From Amphiscolops sp. MND2022 (lineage: Eukaryota): a DNA stretch of 64,000 bases. Shown here one piece after another: positions 23,907 through 37,530 of this stretch; position 1 is the first letter of the stretch, and each line of letters begins with the position of its first letter. A program made the position numbers and the translations under genes. The stretch spans positions 21,392,001 through 21,456,000 of the forward strand of contig OZ076409.1 of the NCBI GenBank assembly GCA_964187785.1. Reading direction: 5' to 3'. The notes below the pieces were generated by a model. It searched no databases. It saw nothing but the letters and a program-made list of their open reading frames with translations, and was not told the origin of the DNA.

Positions 23907-24525
23907 GTTGGAATTTTTGGGTGTATTTCACTCACCAAGTGCAACTCTAGTGCCCTTTTTGCCGGGGTACTAATTGCTGGGAGCTCCGATTGAATAGTTT
24001 CAGACAATACGCAGGTGGTCTCTTTAAGAAGAGGGGGGCTGTATGTTTATTATGCTTGACATTGCTGTATAGCCAGTCGAGGCCATGTTTAATTGTTAGA
24101 GGCGAGGGGTATTTATTCATGATTTTGACCTTAGGTAGCTACAAGCAGTTCAACCCTGGCAAATTGGAGCACCAGAGAATGTTAAACAAAATGTTAGTCG
24201 CCGTTTGAGGACTCGTGCATTTGCTGTATCTAATGAGAAGGGCGGTACCTTTTATGCATTTACTAAGACATTGCGGCGTCGATGTTTTTATTCAAAATCA
24301 TTTCGGAACAAGTTGACGCATGTGATGTTCTGTTTTGATGATCGAAATATGCTATCATTCCTAGTCAGTCTAGTAAGTTTTCATCCCTCATTATATTCAA
24401 AATGATAACTCTAAGGTACACTATTGTTTTTCTTCAACATCTTTGGTACCTATTCACAATGACCATGATGATGTTGCATTTTTGTGGGTATACCGAGCTG
24501 AAAAATTGAAATGGACATGTTTCAG

Positions 24526-24681
24526 GGATTAGTGAACGGAGCACGGGGTGTAGTTATAGGCTTCAACCCTAAGCGAAAGAACTACCCAGTTGTGAAGTTT
24601 GTCAGTGGAGTTGAACGAACAATCGAGCCCGCCAAATGGATAGTGAAACAGGCTTTCGGCTCTGACATGGTCAGGACGCAG
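24526..24681 (+). CDS. PIF1: PIF1 exon 4
   Basis: GLVNGARGVVIGF...PVVKF...RTQ. TTTCAG acceptor and GTTTGT donor. Confidence 0.95.
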
Positions 24682-25048
24682 GTTTGTTGCGTTCGTGAAC
24701 TATATTCCACTAATGATTTATCTTTCGATGGGTTTTTCGGGATCTATGAGAACATTTTCATTACCCCACTGGCTATATAAAATACACTGTCGGAGTCCAA
24801 GTTTACAAAACATTAAAAGGTGTGATAATTTAGGAGAGCTTGCCAGGTTGATCACGGAGCTTCGTATATCGATTTTCGCCCGATCTAACAGCTCATGAAT
24901 TGGCTCTAGATTCGCTAACGCGATTTCATTCTCGATATGCGAATTATTAACCTGCATTTTAGTGTAAATTGAATTTTGGTATTTTCCGCCTGAATTATTT
25001 TAGCACCAACATTTTTGGGCGTTTTAGTCGTTGATACTTGAACATTTA

Positions 25049-25581
25049 TTTTTAGTCGGCGCTTTTTCCTTTTAAGGAAAAATGCCCGACTCTTACAGTG
25101 ACCTTTTTTTTACCCTGACCTCCTTTCATTTTTTTTTACTTTTTAAGGTAACCTACAAAACCGGACGAGACTAAAGGGTCCCCCGTTTCGATTTTTTTTT
25201 CGGCACTGTGACTTTTCTGACTTGTTTTCCGAATTTTTTTAATGTCTCAAAAGGGTCCCCCTTCGAGCTTTTTGATATTTTGCAACTGAATGTATGTTAA
25301 TAAATCCCAAAAGGTAACTTTTGTAAGCCCCTTTTACATTTATCGGCACTATGCGACATTTTCCGAAAGAAAAAGTCCGGTGTTTTTTCTCGAAAAAATG
25401 TTTTATTTCTTCCCAATTGGGGGAAAATGGTTCCCGAGTCTTATCGAGCTTGAAAGGCAACCTTTGGGTGTCTCGAAACTGTTTTCTGAGCTTTTCATAA
25501 ATACGTCCTGGGCAGATTTTAAAAACTTAGCGCTTTTTGAGACTTAGATATAGCGCCAACTTTAGAAGTTCTCGTCTTGTT
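25049..25581 (+). mobile_element. Family A Helentron-like element in PIF1 intron 4
   Basis: TTTTTAGTCGGCGC...GCCCGACT 5' end; TTAGATATAGCGCCAACT...CGTCTTGTT 3' end. Confidence 0.8.
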
Positions 25582-25706
25582 TGTGTATAAAATTGGAACA
25601 ACTAAGTTATGGGGAAAATCGCGACTGGGATTAATTTTGCTTCATATAGAATATGGAGGAAAATAAAAGTGATGATCGCTAATCATTTCCCTTTTTGCCC
25701 TGGCAG

Positions 25707-26018
25707 ATTCCTCTGGCACTGGCCTGGTCCATTTCCATTCACAAGAGCCAAGGAATGACGTTGGACTGTGTGAGTGTTTCTCTCAGCAAAGTGTTCGAGT
25801 GTGGCCAAGCCTATGTTGCGCTTTCCAGGGCCAAGTCGCTGGATACTTTAAAGGTGTTGGACCTGAATGACAACAGTGTGAGGGCCAACCCCCGTGTGGT
25901 CAAGTATTACGTGTCTCTGCGTAAGAATGCCATGGGTCAGATGCAAATGCAGCCGATGGCGTTGGGGGAAAAGTTCGCAAAATCCACTGGAATGCTGAAA
26001 CGAATGAAAACAATGTAA
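25707..26018 (+). CDS. PIF1: PIF1 exon 5 (motifs V-VI, stop); spliced CDS 1950 nt = 649 aa
   Basis: [30 protein letters not shown]. The exon lengths sum to an intact frame. Confidence 0.95.
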   Translation: MPLALAWSISIHKSQGMTLDCVSVSLSKVFECGQAYVALSRAKSLDTLKVLDLNDNSVRANPRVVKYYVSLRKNAMGQMQMQPMALGEKFAKSTGMLKRMKTM

Positions 26019-26863
26019 ATATGTATAGTAAAATAATGCACTACTAGTGCTCGTTAGATATTTTTGTTATATATAGACCAACCTTCGGGTTATGAAATGA
26101 CACCCTTTGCTTTGTGCAATTTTGCTTCATTTTACTGTGCAACTTTGTAGACTACACTCAATTTTGGTTGCTTTGAATTTTTAAATTCTGCAAATTACTG
26201 TGGATTTGTTTTGGTTTTGTTGTGTTCTGTGTTAGTTTAGAAATAATTTGAGTGAATTTTGGTACGGAACGGTGGCAATGTTGTTCTTTCATTTGCCATT
26301 AATAATTGAAGTCAAGTTTTGTTCTAAATGTCCTCGTCTTTTCTCTTCACACCTGAGCGAGAGAAGGATTAAGCTGCGTCTCCTTAGACACGGATCTCAT
26401 ATACAGGACTGCAGAGAAATAATGACAAGTACTAGTTGTGTAATACTTGTATGGAATATTTGAATTAAGTTTCCCTTTGCATGTACAAACAAAATTATGT
26501 AACCGTGTTAGAAGTCTTAACAATCCCGGAGGTTCCTATTGAACCATTAGCTCATTAGCAGGTTGATCTATCTGGAACACCTTATCGCTCACCTTGTTCC
26601 ACGTGGCGTCTGTTACACACAGATCCTTTGAAACTATCCACGTGTATAAACTACAAAATGGGAAACTTTCTGCTGCACTAACTGATTGCCTACCTACCTG
26701 TTCTGTTCACGTTGCGCTATTTCGCAGATACACTTGCAGAAGTTTGCGCTGTGTCTGAAATCTCCGTTGCCTAAATTAACAACCAGTTCCACGTTTTACT
26801 GGCATTCTGAATCTTGCTCTCATTACTGTGTAGTTTAGTGTCAGTAACTGTTGCATAGCTCCA

Positions 26864-27353
26864 ATGTCGTTGACAAGCAGCATAAAGTCCTCAGATTACC
26901 AGGGGGTGACGCTTCCTATAGCGCCTACACGTGGGCGCCTGTCTATCTCCATACCCCCGGATAATCCTGACTATACTAGGTTTCAGATTCCATCATCTCC
27001 CGAAGACCCGGTCAAGAATCTTGTGTCCAAATACCCTCAAGTCAAAATCCCAAATCCGCTTCTCCAAAGCACTCAAAACTCTAGAAGTGGTAGTCAAAAT
27101 GGAAGTCCTCTGGCGTCTCGTCTGAAATTATCTGTGAAAATCAAGGCCGCCGAAGTTATGAACTCTGTCAATTCTCTAACTGATCAACTCACTACGTTTC
27201 GAACTCAGTCAAATGCGTCACAAGGTCCTTCCCCTTCCAATGCATTAAGTGATCAAACTTACCAGGAAGAAATCTCAACCCCTTTATTAAGTGCAGCTGA
27301 GTCGGAAAACATGGACGAAGATGACGAATGCGAAGATAGTCTTTATGATAATG
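26864..27353 (+). CDS. Probable coding exon (Ser/Pro-rich, Tyr motifs) of an unidentified gene
   Basis: 163 open codons from ATG with higher GC than the flanks. Strong donor G|GTAAGT, phase 1. Confidence 0.65.
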
Positions 27354-28868
27354 GTAAGTCCTCGAATGAAATCGGTTTTTGTTGCGTCACTCACGAATGA
27401 ATTTGTAATGAGCAAACAAGTTAGGAACTCCCTTGAAAAATTACCAGAAAAGGACTGGTATTTGATAGTTGCTGCATAATCTATAATTGGGGACACACTG
27501 AAATCCTAGGTTTGTTCCGCAATACTTGTACTCTTGATGACTCACAGAGCCGCACAAATGGTCAATTTTGAAGCCCGCGATAATTTTTTTCTAAGTTCAT
27601 ATTCCTCCAACTTGAGTTTTGTGCTTTATCCGTCTTTTGAATAAGTTTGAAATAGAGAAACTTAACTATCCATCCAAGTGTGAAATATCCGGACGAGAAA
27701 AGCTGAACAGTCTTGTTTTACGATTCATAAGTGCTCCTGTTACGTCTTGAAAAATCTTCATAGGAAAACTTCTGAAAAAATTTCGGCAGCAAAACTTTGA
27801 AAAGGGTTTGGACTGGTATGTTTTGCTTTTATTTGAAATTATCAAAAAGGACCTTAGAATTTGCTTAAATAATCTTCAGTGGTGAACGATTCTGAGGATT
27901 TGGAGGAAAGCTTGCTGGAAGCCGTTTCAAACCAATAATATCCGGTTGGGAACCAGCTATCGATGAAGCACTCCTAAGAAACGAATTTGATCAAATGTTC
28001 GTGATTTTTCTCATTTAGTTTTTTAGCAGCTAGTCTAGCTTTCGCAAAATTAAAAAAATATATAGATGAAGTTTTGGAAATTTCTTTGGAAGTTTATTGC
28101 AGTTCCAGAAGCAATATTGAGATCCAATGGCCAATTTTTCAAATACGAAAAGGGAAATGGCATAATATATTCTAGTAACGAAACTTGGAATCCAAAAATT
28201 GGCTGCTTTCAGTGAATCATTCTACAAGCCTACACCCCTACAAAGTTCTAGAAATAAATTCAAAGTTTTGAATTAACGAGCCCAGACCAGCTCAAAGTCG
28301 GTGACCCGCTCAAGTCATTTTAAATGAGCTAATTCGGGGTATTGAAGTCAAACTTTCTGCCGAAAAAACCCAAAAGTGCCCTTTGTTTTCATGGGTGGAA
28401 ATGAAAGTGCGGATTAGTACAAATCGAAAAGCCAACGTTAACCACGGAACCAACTGAAATACAATCGCACATCGGCCGCCTTAATCGTTTTCGTCACATT
28501 CGTGTCTTTACTATTTAGGAAAAGTTGTAAGAGTATGGTACTTCTAGTCCCAACTAAAAGAGCGGACTAGAAAGGTAGCATGGTTTAGTGAACAATTTAT
28601 AAGTTTGCACTGGGGCGTTATTAGGTTAGGTTGTCCCTCGACTAAATTTTGTCGTTGTTCAGTCGGTAGCTAAGTTTTTATCCCCCTTTTAGAAATATGA
28701 TTAACAAAAGACTTTTTTTAAAAGCAACCAAATATAGAATATCGGACCTTTGTCGCCTTTGAACTAGTTTTTTAAGTCACATTGTTAAACCCCTGTTTTA
28801 AAGCGTCTGAAGGCTGATGATTCCGATGCATTTAAATTTTCTGAAAGGATAACTTGCTTTTTCTACAG

Positions 28869-28918
28869 CTTTCTCCGAAGTATATTTGGAAATGCACCCA
28901 GACACCGAAGGGCCCTGA
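28869..28918 (+). CDS. Possible short terminal exon (AFSEVYLEMHPDTEGP*)
   Basis: Pyrimidine tract plus CTACAG acceptor, phase-compatible with the 27353 donor. Confidence 0.35.
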
Positions 28919-30117
28919 TACAATTCCGGGGTGGGAAGAAATTCAAATAAACTGTCGACTGATACACGAGCGTCCAATAATTCTCAGTCTTGGAAATTCT
29001 CAATCTGAGCAAAAAGTGTTACAGTAGAGGGAAAATTGATCCAAACTCTTGATTGTGAAAATTGCTTCGGACGAAAATATTAGCCGTAAATGTTCAAAAA
29101 CAATCAAAAATTTCAGGAATTGTTGAAGACAACAATTTCCTGGAATTTTATCTAGTTTACATTCGTGATTTTTTTAATGATCAAAGTTGAGCAAAATGAG
29201 ATCAACATAGACACATGTTTTAGCATAAAACTCTGCCCAGCAAACCGAATGTTCTTTCAGAAACTGAAACATGCTTCAATTGTTAATTACTTTCAATTTG
29301 ATCGCAAAAATTTGCAAGACACTCAGATGCACTGTAATTGAAATAACGAAAAACTTCTAGAGAGCCAATGGTCCCGAATACCCGGTTTTTTGAGTATTTG
29401 TACATTATATATATCGTCCGGAAGTTTGTCAAACTGGAGCGCGAAACATTTCTCCCAACTACTATACAATGTCTAAACACATGAAATGGATCAGAATACA
29501 TTGCTTTCAGAAGTCACTAATTGCTCACGAAAATAACATACTGCAAACTGAAACTTACGATAAATGACCTTTTACCCTTATTATTTTCCGCCCATATTTC
29601 ATATGGGAAAGGAAAATATTTAAATCAAACGTTTTTTTTTACAAAATTTGCCAAGCACCAAATATATACTTAACTTTAAGGGTGTTACCCATAGAATTCA
29701 ACTCACGTAAATTTAGCTTCGTGCGATTTGTATTTGTGGAGATTTCTGGACTTTTTTAAGTTGACCCCAAGGACCCCAGAATGACCCAAAAATGACCCCG
29801 AAAATGAAAAAAATTGCAAAAATTTTTGATGTTTCAAGGCAGTTTTTGTCAATATTTTGAGAGATATCGTAAATAACAAGTTGAAAATGATCAACAAGGC
29901 ACAAACTCGTTGTCCAATAGTCTTCTATGAAGAGATAATTGATGTTTTCCAGAAAAAAATTTCAAAATGACACCGAAAATGACGAAAAACCAAAAAAATC
30001 CCGATTTTTAGCGGCTTTTTGCACATGACGTAGTCAATGTGCATTGCAGTCCAGCTAAGTAAGTTTTTTTCCACTATAGTCAACTTCATAATGAGCGCCT
30101 TTTAGAAAAAAGCCAAA

Positions 30118-30188
30118 ACCCCAGAGAGATTCGAACCTGCAGCCTCCCGATTGCACGGCATAAGTGTTGACCACTGTGCCATAGGGAC
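30118..30188 (-). repeat. tRNA-derived (SINE-head-like) segment
   Basis: A box TGGCACAGTGG and B box GGTTCGAATCT. The anticodon arm is not canonical. Confidence 0.7.
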
Positions 30189-30409
30189 GTTATTGATCAA
30201 AGTTGAACTGTTGAATATATACGCATGCAATTAAAATAATGTATATACGCATATTAAAATAATCGATGTCTTCGTCATGTGTTGCGAAGCACCGCTTCGC
30301 CTCTGTGTAAATGTTTGTCAAATCATCGGTAGACTTCATGCATTAGAATGTGGAAAACGCTCAACATGGCACTACTTCGTTGTTCAGTAGGCTTTTCCCA
30401 AGAGATAAC

Positions 30410-31450
30410 TGCTGTTTTCCGAATGAAAAAAATCTCAAATTGACACCGAAAGTAAGAAAATTCCCAAAAGTTTCAATTTTTCAGAGTTTCTACGCATTTT
30501 TCGTCCAATTTTTGACAGACTTCGTGGATTGGAATATATTCAAGGTTCGACAAGGAAAGGGATGGATGTCCAGTAACCTTTCTTGAAAAGTTTATTTCGT
30601 TTTTCCGAATGAAAATGTCCCAAATCGACACCGAAAATGACAAAAATTCCAAAAATTATCCCATTTTCAAAGATTTTTTGCCTTTTTCCCCACTTTTTGA
30701 CAGACTTCGTCAATTGGAACTTTGAAAAGGGTCAACAAGGAGAAAAGTTGTTGTCCAGTAGGGTTTTCTTAAGAGATTGCAGTTTCCTAAGTGAAAACGT
30801 CTCAAATTGACACCAAAAACTACAAAAAACCCGAAATTTTCCAATTTTCAAAATTTTCATGCATTTTTTGTTGAAGGTTCGACAAACTTCGTGGATTGGC
30901 ATGTTTTGAAGCGTCAACAAGGAATGGGTTTGTTGTCAGATAGTTTTTTATGAAGAGAGGATTGCAATGTTCTGAATGAAAATGTCTCAAATTGACACAG
31001 AAAATGACAAAAATCCCAGAATTTACCAAGTTTCAAAGATTTTATGCATTTTATCCCAAATTTTTGACAGACTTCAGACTTCGTCAATTGGAACTTTGAA
31101 AAGAGTCAACAAGGAGAAAAGTTGTTGTCCAGTAGGGTTTTCTTAAGAGATTATTGCACTTTTCTAAGTGAAAACGTCTCAAATTGACACCAAAGACGAT
31201 AAAAAACCAATTTTCAAAATTTTAATGTACTTTTTGTTGAAGGTTCGACAAACTTCGTGGATTGGAATATTTTAAGGGGTCAACGAGGAAAGGGTTGGAT
31301 GTCCAGTAATCGTTTCTGAAAACATACTTGCAATGTTCTGATTGAAAATGTCTAAAATTGACACCGAAAATGACGGGTGTCCAGTATGCTTATTTATGAA
31401 GAGACATCTGTAGATTCATGTTAGAAAAGTTCCTCTAATTGACCCCAAAG
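30410..31450. repeat. ~184-bp tandem repeat, about 5.5 units, alternating A/B variants
   Basis: AAAT(T/C)GACAC anchor at about 30437, 30622, 30805, 30989, 31181 and 31356. Confidence 0.85.
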
Positions 31451-32429
31451 TTGTCAAAACTATTTCCAATTTTTGACACTTCTGGTGAAACTATGTGCAA
31501 TAATATAACGACCCGGGATCGCTCAACCTCCCTAAAATTGCAATTGACCTAAATTAAAGCTTTTACCATTCTCAGTGCCACAAATTACCTCAAGAAATAC
31601 GCCTGAGACTAGGAAACCACTTTTTCCCCAACAAAAATCACAAAATATCTAATTTTTTATTTTTACCGGTACCGCTCTATGATGGCGACACGAGTATTAG
31701 CTCGCAAAACTACTTTTCTCAAGCCGAAATCAGCTATGGAAGCAAGGGGGTACTCTTTGACCAAATGAAAGTTTCGGAAAGACGCACAGTGCAGAAAAAA
31801 CTGAAATAAGGTAATTTCCACAATCAATAAGAAACTTCGTTAGTTCCATATGATGAAAAGTAACAAAGAAGTCACCCTTAAAACTCGGGAAACTTATTTG
31901 TTTTTCAGAAAACCTCAAAAACTAAAAATTGCGGGAAATGTTTTGAGAAAATTATTTTTAAAAATTCTAATGGAATTTTTCTCTTTTCTCGGAAAGTCGC
32001 ATAGTGCCGAAAAACGAAACGTGGCCAGCTGTCGCAGAAATATTAAATTAGGCGTTTCCTTCAAAATGGGCTCAGTTGAATCAAAGCACTTTTTTCATCG
32101 AACTTCTTTGCGTTTTTTAGTGCATTGGCTACTCTTCAGCCTCAAATTTATGTAGTTGTAGAACAGTTTGAGGCGGAAAATATCTCGCTGCTCAGCGGGC
32201 GTCTTGTTCTATTCCCAATTATTGCTCCAATAAATTTTTACAGCCTTGTGGGTTAGAAATAAGGTGTGCCGGGGGTGGGGGAAATGAGAAACATTACCCC
32301 GCACATTTTCGTCATAAAACAAAATGCGTTTTTGGAAGTGTTTTAAAAAATTATCGAAAATAGGCTCCTGTGGGGCACTAAAAATTCTGCTTCATGCTAC
32401 AATACTCAAAAACTTCAATGTTCAATAAA

Positions 32430-33001
32430 AACAAGACGCCCGCTATGCACCGGGATATTTTCCGCTATAAAAAAATGTAACGCTCCAGCCCGCATTCGAA
32501 CCCATGACCTCGTGACTGGCAGGCAGACACTACCAACTGTGCCACGGTGACTAGTTTATCGTTTCACTAAATGGAGTAAATAAAATGGACTAATTTTGTT
32601 TCTGTTATTTGCTCTTATGTTATTTGGTACGTAATCATTATTCACGGTACCAGTTTATACCGCCTTTAATTCTCGGACTAAAGCAAATATAACTACTAAG
32701 CGTAGACGGAGTTTCGCATTTGCATTTGAATGCAGGCGAAGCTCTCCTAGAACGAATAATTAACACTCATTCGCTTCATCTCAATAACTCGGCTTACGAA
32801 TGCATAATTACCACTCGCTCGTTTCATCGCACGAGAAAATAATTGTTGTCGGCAGCTTGAGAAATTTAAATCCCTTGCTTATACTCACTGCCGAACAAAA
32901 TATCTGAATTTTCTAGTAGATACTCGAATCACGTACAAAAATTTGGCAGAAAAAAGCGGCAAAGTCCAGATTTCAATATTTTTCCTGCTATCGCAGAAAT
33001 A
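32430..33001 (-). mobile_element. Chimeric Helentron-like element: family B 5' end and body, tRNA-like cassette (32482-32551), family C 3' end
   Basis: The body is the reverse complement of much of 38433-38790. The cassette has TGGCACAGTTGG and GGTTCGAATGC. The 3' end matches 22908. Confidence 0.75.
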
Positions 33002-34511
33002 AGAAAAGAAGCCATGCCATTACTATAGTCTGCGTTTTCCACGGAAGAAAGAGCCGAATAAAAACGATAACATCAAAGCGATTGCACTTAATAAAAAAGA
33101 TCCAAAAGTGTTTATCGTGCGGGGGCTTACGGAATTCATATAACATAAAAATAAAACCAAAGGACCATGTGTTCAATTTAACCCCAAGCGGCCGCAGGGG
33201 AAAAGACGCAAGGTTCAAAACCATTATGTCGACATCGTTTGCGTTGAATCTTGGTCCAATAAAGTAATTGATGTCGTTATAATCCTATCCATTGCATGAC
33301 TGTTATTTGAAAGTTGCTCATTAGATTTTATCATGGAGAAAATTTGCGTTGAAATAGGGGCCAATTTATACAATTTTAGCTTGTTCCAAGCGTGAATTTC
33401 TGCTATTTTGGACAATAATATCGAAAAATTAGGGTACATTTTTTGCCTGAAGTGTCAAAACAGTTGTAGAGACAATCCTCCTCTAAGTATTTACATTCAC
33501 AAAACATTCTCTTATTAGTGAATTATTTTTATTCAAGAACAAAATGAATGTACTTTGTTGTTGAGGGGAGTGGGATTCGCAACAAGGTGTACCAGCGGGG
33601 ATTGAACAAATGGTCCGAACCGAATACCCGGTTAAACAATCGAACTCACGAAAGTATATCTGTAATTTTTATACTTTTTCAGTGAATCTTTTGATTTGTG
33701 AATGCTTTTGACCACTAAAATTCTCGGAAACAATTTTACTGTTTAGTGAAACTCATTTAATTTTTGTTATTTGAAAATAGTTTTGTTTTTAATATTTGCT
33801 CTTAATGTTATTTTGGGAATCCACCGTTTTGAATAACCACCGTAAAACCACGTACATGTTGGAAAAACGAGTTCTCAATTGAAGCATCCTTTAGTGAAGT
33901 TACCCTAATCCTTGAACCAACAGCAGTTACATTCCGTTTTGCTTGTTTTCCTGCTTTGACAAACAGCAGACTAAAACTGTAATTAGCTAGCTGTCTTTTG
34001 TTTCCAAGTTGTTTCAATAAGCCGATGTTTGTTTTAACTCTTCTCGCTGCCTCGCTGCAACAGTTGAACAAACACAAACCTTAACTTAATTGAGTGAGTG
34101 AGCATTACCGAACGTGAACAACTTCTGTTGAAGAACACGAAGAAGCTTCGCAGAATTGTTTTTGTTATCACGTTGTTACGATTTGTATTTATGAAATTTT
34201 CATTTCTTTGTTTTCCGCATTACCGTTTCATCAGAAATCCTCATTCAGAATGGTACATATATTTAGGAAAAATAGGACCATTAACGATTAATTAATAGAA
34301 AAGATGGTATTATTTAGGATCGAAAGAAGTGAAAATTTCATTCATATGCGATTGCTATAGTAAAAGTCGATCCTGAATAATTAGACTCCGGAGAGGCAAC
34401 TCAAATAAAAGGGCCGTTTCCTATTTCACACCCCCAGGTACATCTTGTTTTGGATTTCCCCCCTAACACGGAAGCTCTTGAGAGAAAAGTGCCCGACTAT
34501 TAAAGTGGCTA

Positions 34512-35085
34512 GTTTTTAGTCGGCGCATTTTAACAAAATGAGCCCGACTATTACAGTGGCAAGTTTTTTCTTTTTTTTCGTCAGATGACAGAATGTATGC
34601 GTAGTGGACACTTTTTACAGAACTACTAAACTACTGGACCGGCAAGCGGAAACGCCTCTAAGTTAGTGCAAAGGGTCCCCCCTTTCATTTACTCCCTTTT
34701 TAACGTTTCCAGATACAAAACCGGGCGAGACTATATGGTCCCCCTTTGCGTTTTTTCGACACTGTGCGACTTTTTTTTCAAAAAGCCCAAAGGGTCTCCC
34801 CTTTCAAGTTTTTCGGCACTATTATTATAATTGTTATAATTTAATTATTATACTAGTTATCTTACACTACTCCTGGGATGTAATTATGATATTAATACTT
34901 CTATGATGTCATGGTTCATATATCCCATCGAGAATATAGTGTTTCTTTTTTTTAAATATATACCCATTTATTCTCCATATATACCCACAAATTATTTTTT
35001 TTCAATACTATCCGTAACTTTGACGTAACATCTGGAGTAAAGCGCTATATCCGAATTTTTGACGTTATATCCGAACTATATTGCG
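34512..35085 (+). mobile_element. Family A element, 5' part
   Basis: TTTTTAGTCGGCGC...GCCCGACT start and AAAGGGTCCCCC subrepeats. The TATCCGAAC module is shared with about 61810-61875. Confidence 0.7.
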
Positions 35086-37031
35086 TTTTTAGTCGGCGCT
35101 TTTCTGAGGAAAAGTGCCCGACTCTTACTGTGGCTAGTTTTTTTTTTCGTCAGATGTTCCTCGAGAAATGTCTGCACAAACAAATAACTGCTTACGCAGA
35201 GAGTCGTGGGATACTCACACCATTTCAATTTGGTTTTCGATCGAAAGTTTCTGCGCAAGATGCCATTTTGTATTTTATTGAAACAATCCAACACGAGATC
35301 GAAATTGGAAATATAGTTCATGCTGTCCTACTTGATCTATCTAAAGCTTTTGACTCACTTTCACATCAAATTCTTCTCAAGAAACTCGAATCGTTACATT
35401 TTTCACCTTCTTCGGCTACACAAATCGTGGAAAGTTTTTTAACAGGTCGATTGCAACAAGTCTCTCTGAATGGTGTTCTGTCTGAATGGATTGAATTGAA
35501 ACAAGGTGTCCCCCAAGGAACAGTCGCAGGACCATTATTTTTCAACCTGTATGTGAATGATCTTCCAGAACTTATAAGCACACCTGCTCATATATTACAG
35601 TATGCTGACGATTGTTTAGTTTTCTGTAGTGATAAAAAAATCTGAGATTGCTCTTGAAATATTGCAAGACAATGTATATAAATTAGAAGAATACTTTTGT
35701 CTGAATAAGCTGAGTTTAAACGGAAGTAAAACGGAATTCATCACCTTCTCCCTCAAAAATGATAAACGCCTCAACGACTCAGAAACAGTTACTGTGGGCT
35801 CCACCTTAGTAAAGAAATCAGACCATTGCAAATACTTAGGTGTAACCATTGATAAACACCTCGGGTTCCAAAAACAAGTTAAAAAGGTGCTGAAAAATAT
35901 GGCAGTTGGTATAAAAACTGTTGAAACTGTCCAACACAGGTTTCCAACTGGGGTACTTCTCATGCTTTCCACGAACTTGTGATGAGTCACTTGGAATTTT
36001 CTCTATTGTTTTCCTTCAAAGTTAGTTCTTCTTTGTTGCTCTCACTAGAAAAACAGATGAATTGGGCTTTGAAAAGCGTGTTTTCTCGTTCGAATATCAA
36101 GTCATCTCTTGAATTGAGAAAAAACAAAGGTATAATCAGTATACGTCACTTGATTATGTTCAAATCCCTGATTTACTTCTTCCAGTACATTAATAATAAA
36201 AAAAGCTTTCCAAAACCCGTTGAAGTTACCTACAGCAACATATCGATGGAATTCCCGTACGAATCAAGTTATTTATACGGGTAATTTTTCATCTGTTTCA
36301 ACTTCATCATTCTTTCATTGTACTGCACTGAAGTGGAACTCACTACCATTACATATGCGAGATCCAAGTGTGAGTCTACATGTATTCAAAAGTAGATTGA
36401 AAATTCATCTGGAAAAAGAGTCAAATGCAGTTCCTATTCAAGTAGCTAGTACCTGGCGTGATTTCCGCTTCAAATAAACCTGTCTGTCTTTCTTTTTAAT
36501 TGTTGTAAAGTTCGAGAAAACTACTTATGCTTGCATTAGTCATCTACACTTATTGTATGGTAAGCTGTCAGCTATCCCCTTACAATAATATAGTGTTGTC
36601 TTTCTCTCTCAGAATACAATCTCACTCTGATTGGGCCACTTTCCTTACAATCGAAACTACTAAAACTACTACCATAAGGCCAAGTCCGGTCAGCGGAAAT
36701 TAGTGCAAACCCCCCTTTCATTTTTCACTATTTTAACGTAACCTACAAAACCGGACGAGACTAAAGGGTCCCCCTTTCGATTTTTTTGGCATTGTGCGAT
36801 TTTTTTCGAAAGTTTTTTAATGTCTCAAAAGAGTCCCCCTTTTAAGTTTTTTGATATTTTGCAACAGAATATATGTTAATAAAGCCCTAAGGGTCCCCCT
36901 TTTACATTTTCGGCACTATGCGACATTTTCTGAAAGAAAAAAATTCAAAAATTTCAAGTTTTTTTCAAAAAAAGTCTTTTGCGCTTTTTGAGCCTTAGAT
37001 ATAGCGCCGACTTTAGACGTTCCCGTCTTAT
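35086..37031 (+). mobile_element. Family A element with a LINE inserted
   Basis: 5' subTIR AGTCGGCGC; 3' GCGCCGACT plus AGACG-TTCC-CGTCT hairpin at about 37004-37028. Confidence 0.8.
35155..36610 (+). mobile_element. 5'-truncated CR1/L2-like LINE related to the tandem-array LINE
   Basis: QFGFRS, DLSKAFDS, GVPQGT, QYADDC, KYLG. MAVGIKT and EKQMNWAL resemble MAIGIET and EKQLNWTL in the array family. Confidence 0.9.
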
Positions 37032-37530
37032 TATTTCTGCTTCAGCAGGTATATTATTGTAACCTCAAACTGTCTACTTTTTTATCAGTACAATTTTTCG
37101 TACGATACTGAAAAATTCAGATATTTTGTTCGGCAGTGACTGTTAGCGTGGGAATTAAATTTCTCAAGCTGCCGACGACTATTCAATTCTAGTGCGATGG
37201 AACGAGCGAGTGGTAATTATCCATTCGTATGCTGACGTCATTGAGATGAAGCGGGCGAATGTTCGTAATTGTGCTTTCGTTGCCCCGAGTTATTGAGATG
37301 AAGCGAATGAGTGTTAATTATTCGTTCGTTGAGAGCTTCGCATGCATTCGAATGCGAATGCGAAACTTCGTCTACGCTTAGTTCTTATATTTTCTTTAGT
37401 CCGAGAAGAAGTTAAGGGGGTGTAAACTTGTACAGTGATTAATTGTGCGCTAAATAATGATTAAACAAGAGTGTATTGGTATTCCAGATATGATTCCATT
37501 ATTAATGAAAGATTAAAGCGGAGGGGCCTA
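37031..37530 (+). mobile_element. Family B Helentron-like element (deletion at the 3' end)
   Basis: Similar throughout to 38433-38910. Confidence 0.8.

Larger units (their letters stand above)
29580..32208 (+). mobile_element. Family C Helentron-like composite region (possibly nested) with internal satellite and tRNA-like segment
   Basis: 5' TATTTTCCGC and 3' GCGGAAAATA subTIRs, followed by hairpin CGCTG-CT-CAGCG and GGCGTCTTGTT. Confidence 0.5.

Noticed and set aside
17177..26018. PIF1-like helicase as the RepHel of an autonomous Helitron/Helentron driving the local elements
   Set aside because: There is no HUH Rep domain. It has a cellular PIF1-type N-terminus, a typical length (649 aa), four spliceosomal introns and no enclosing element termini.
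29680..31514. GGGTGTTA/TAACGACCC as TIRs of a separate element around the satellite
   Set aside because: The match is short and gapped, with no TSD. Left unresolved.
30118..32551. tRNA-like segments (also 42260, 47578, 49759) as functional tRNA genes
   Set aside because: A and B boxes are present, but acceptor and anticodon stems do not pair canonically and all sit inside repeats. tRNAscan-SE would be decisive.
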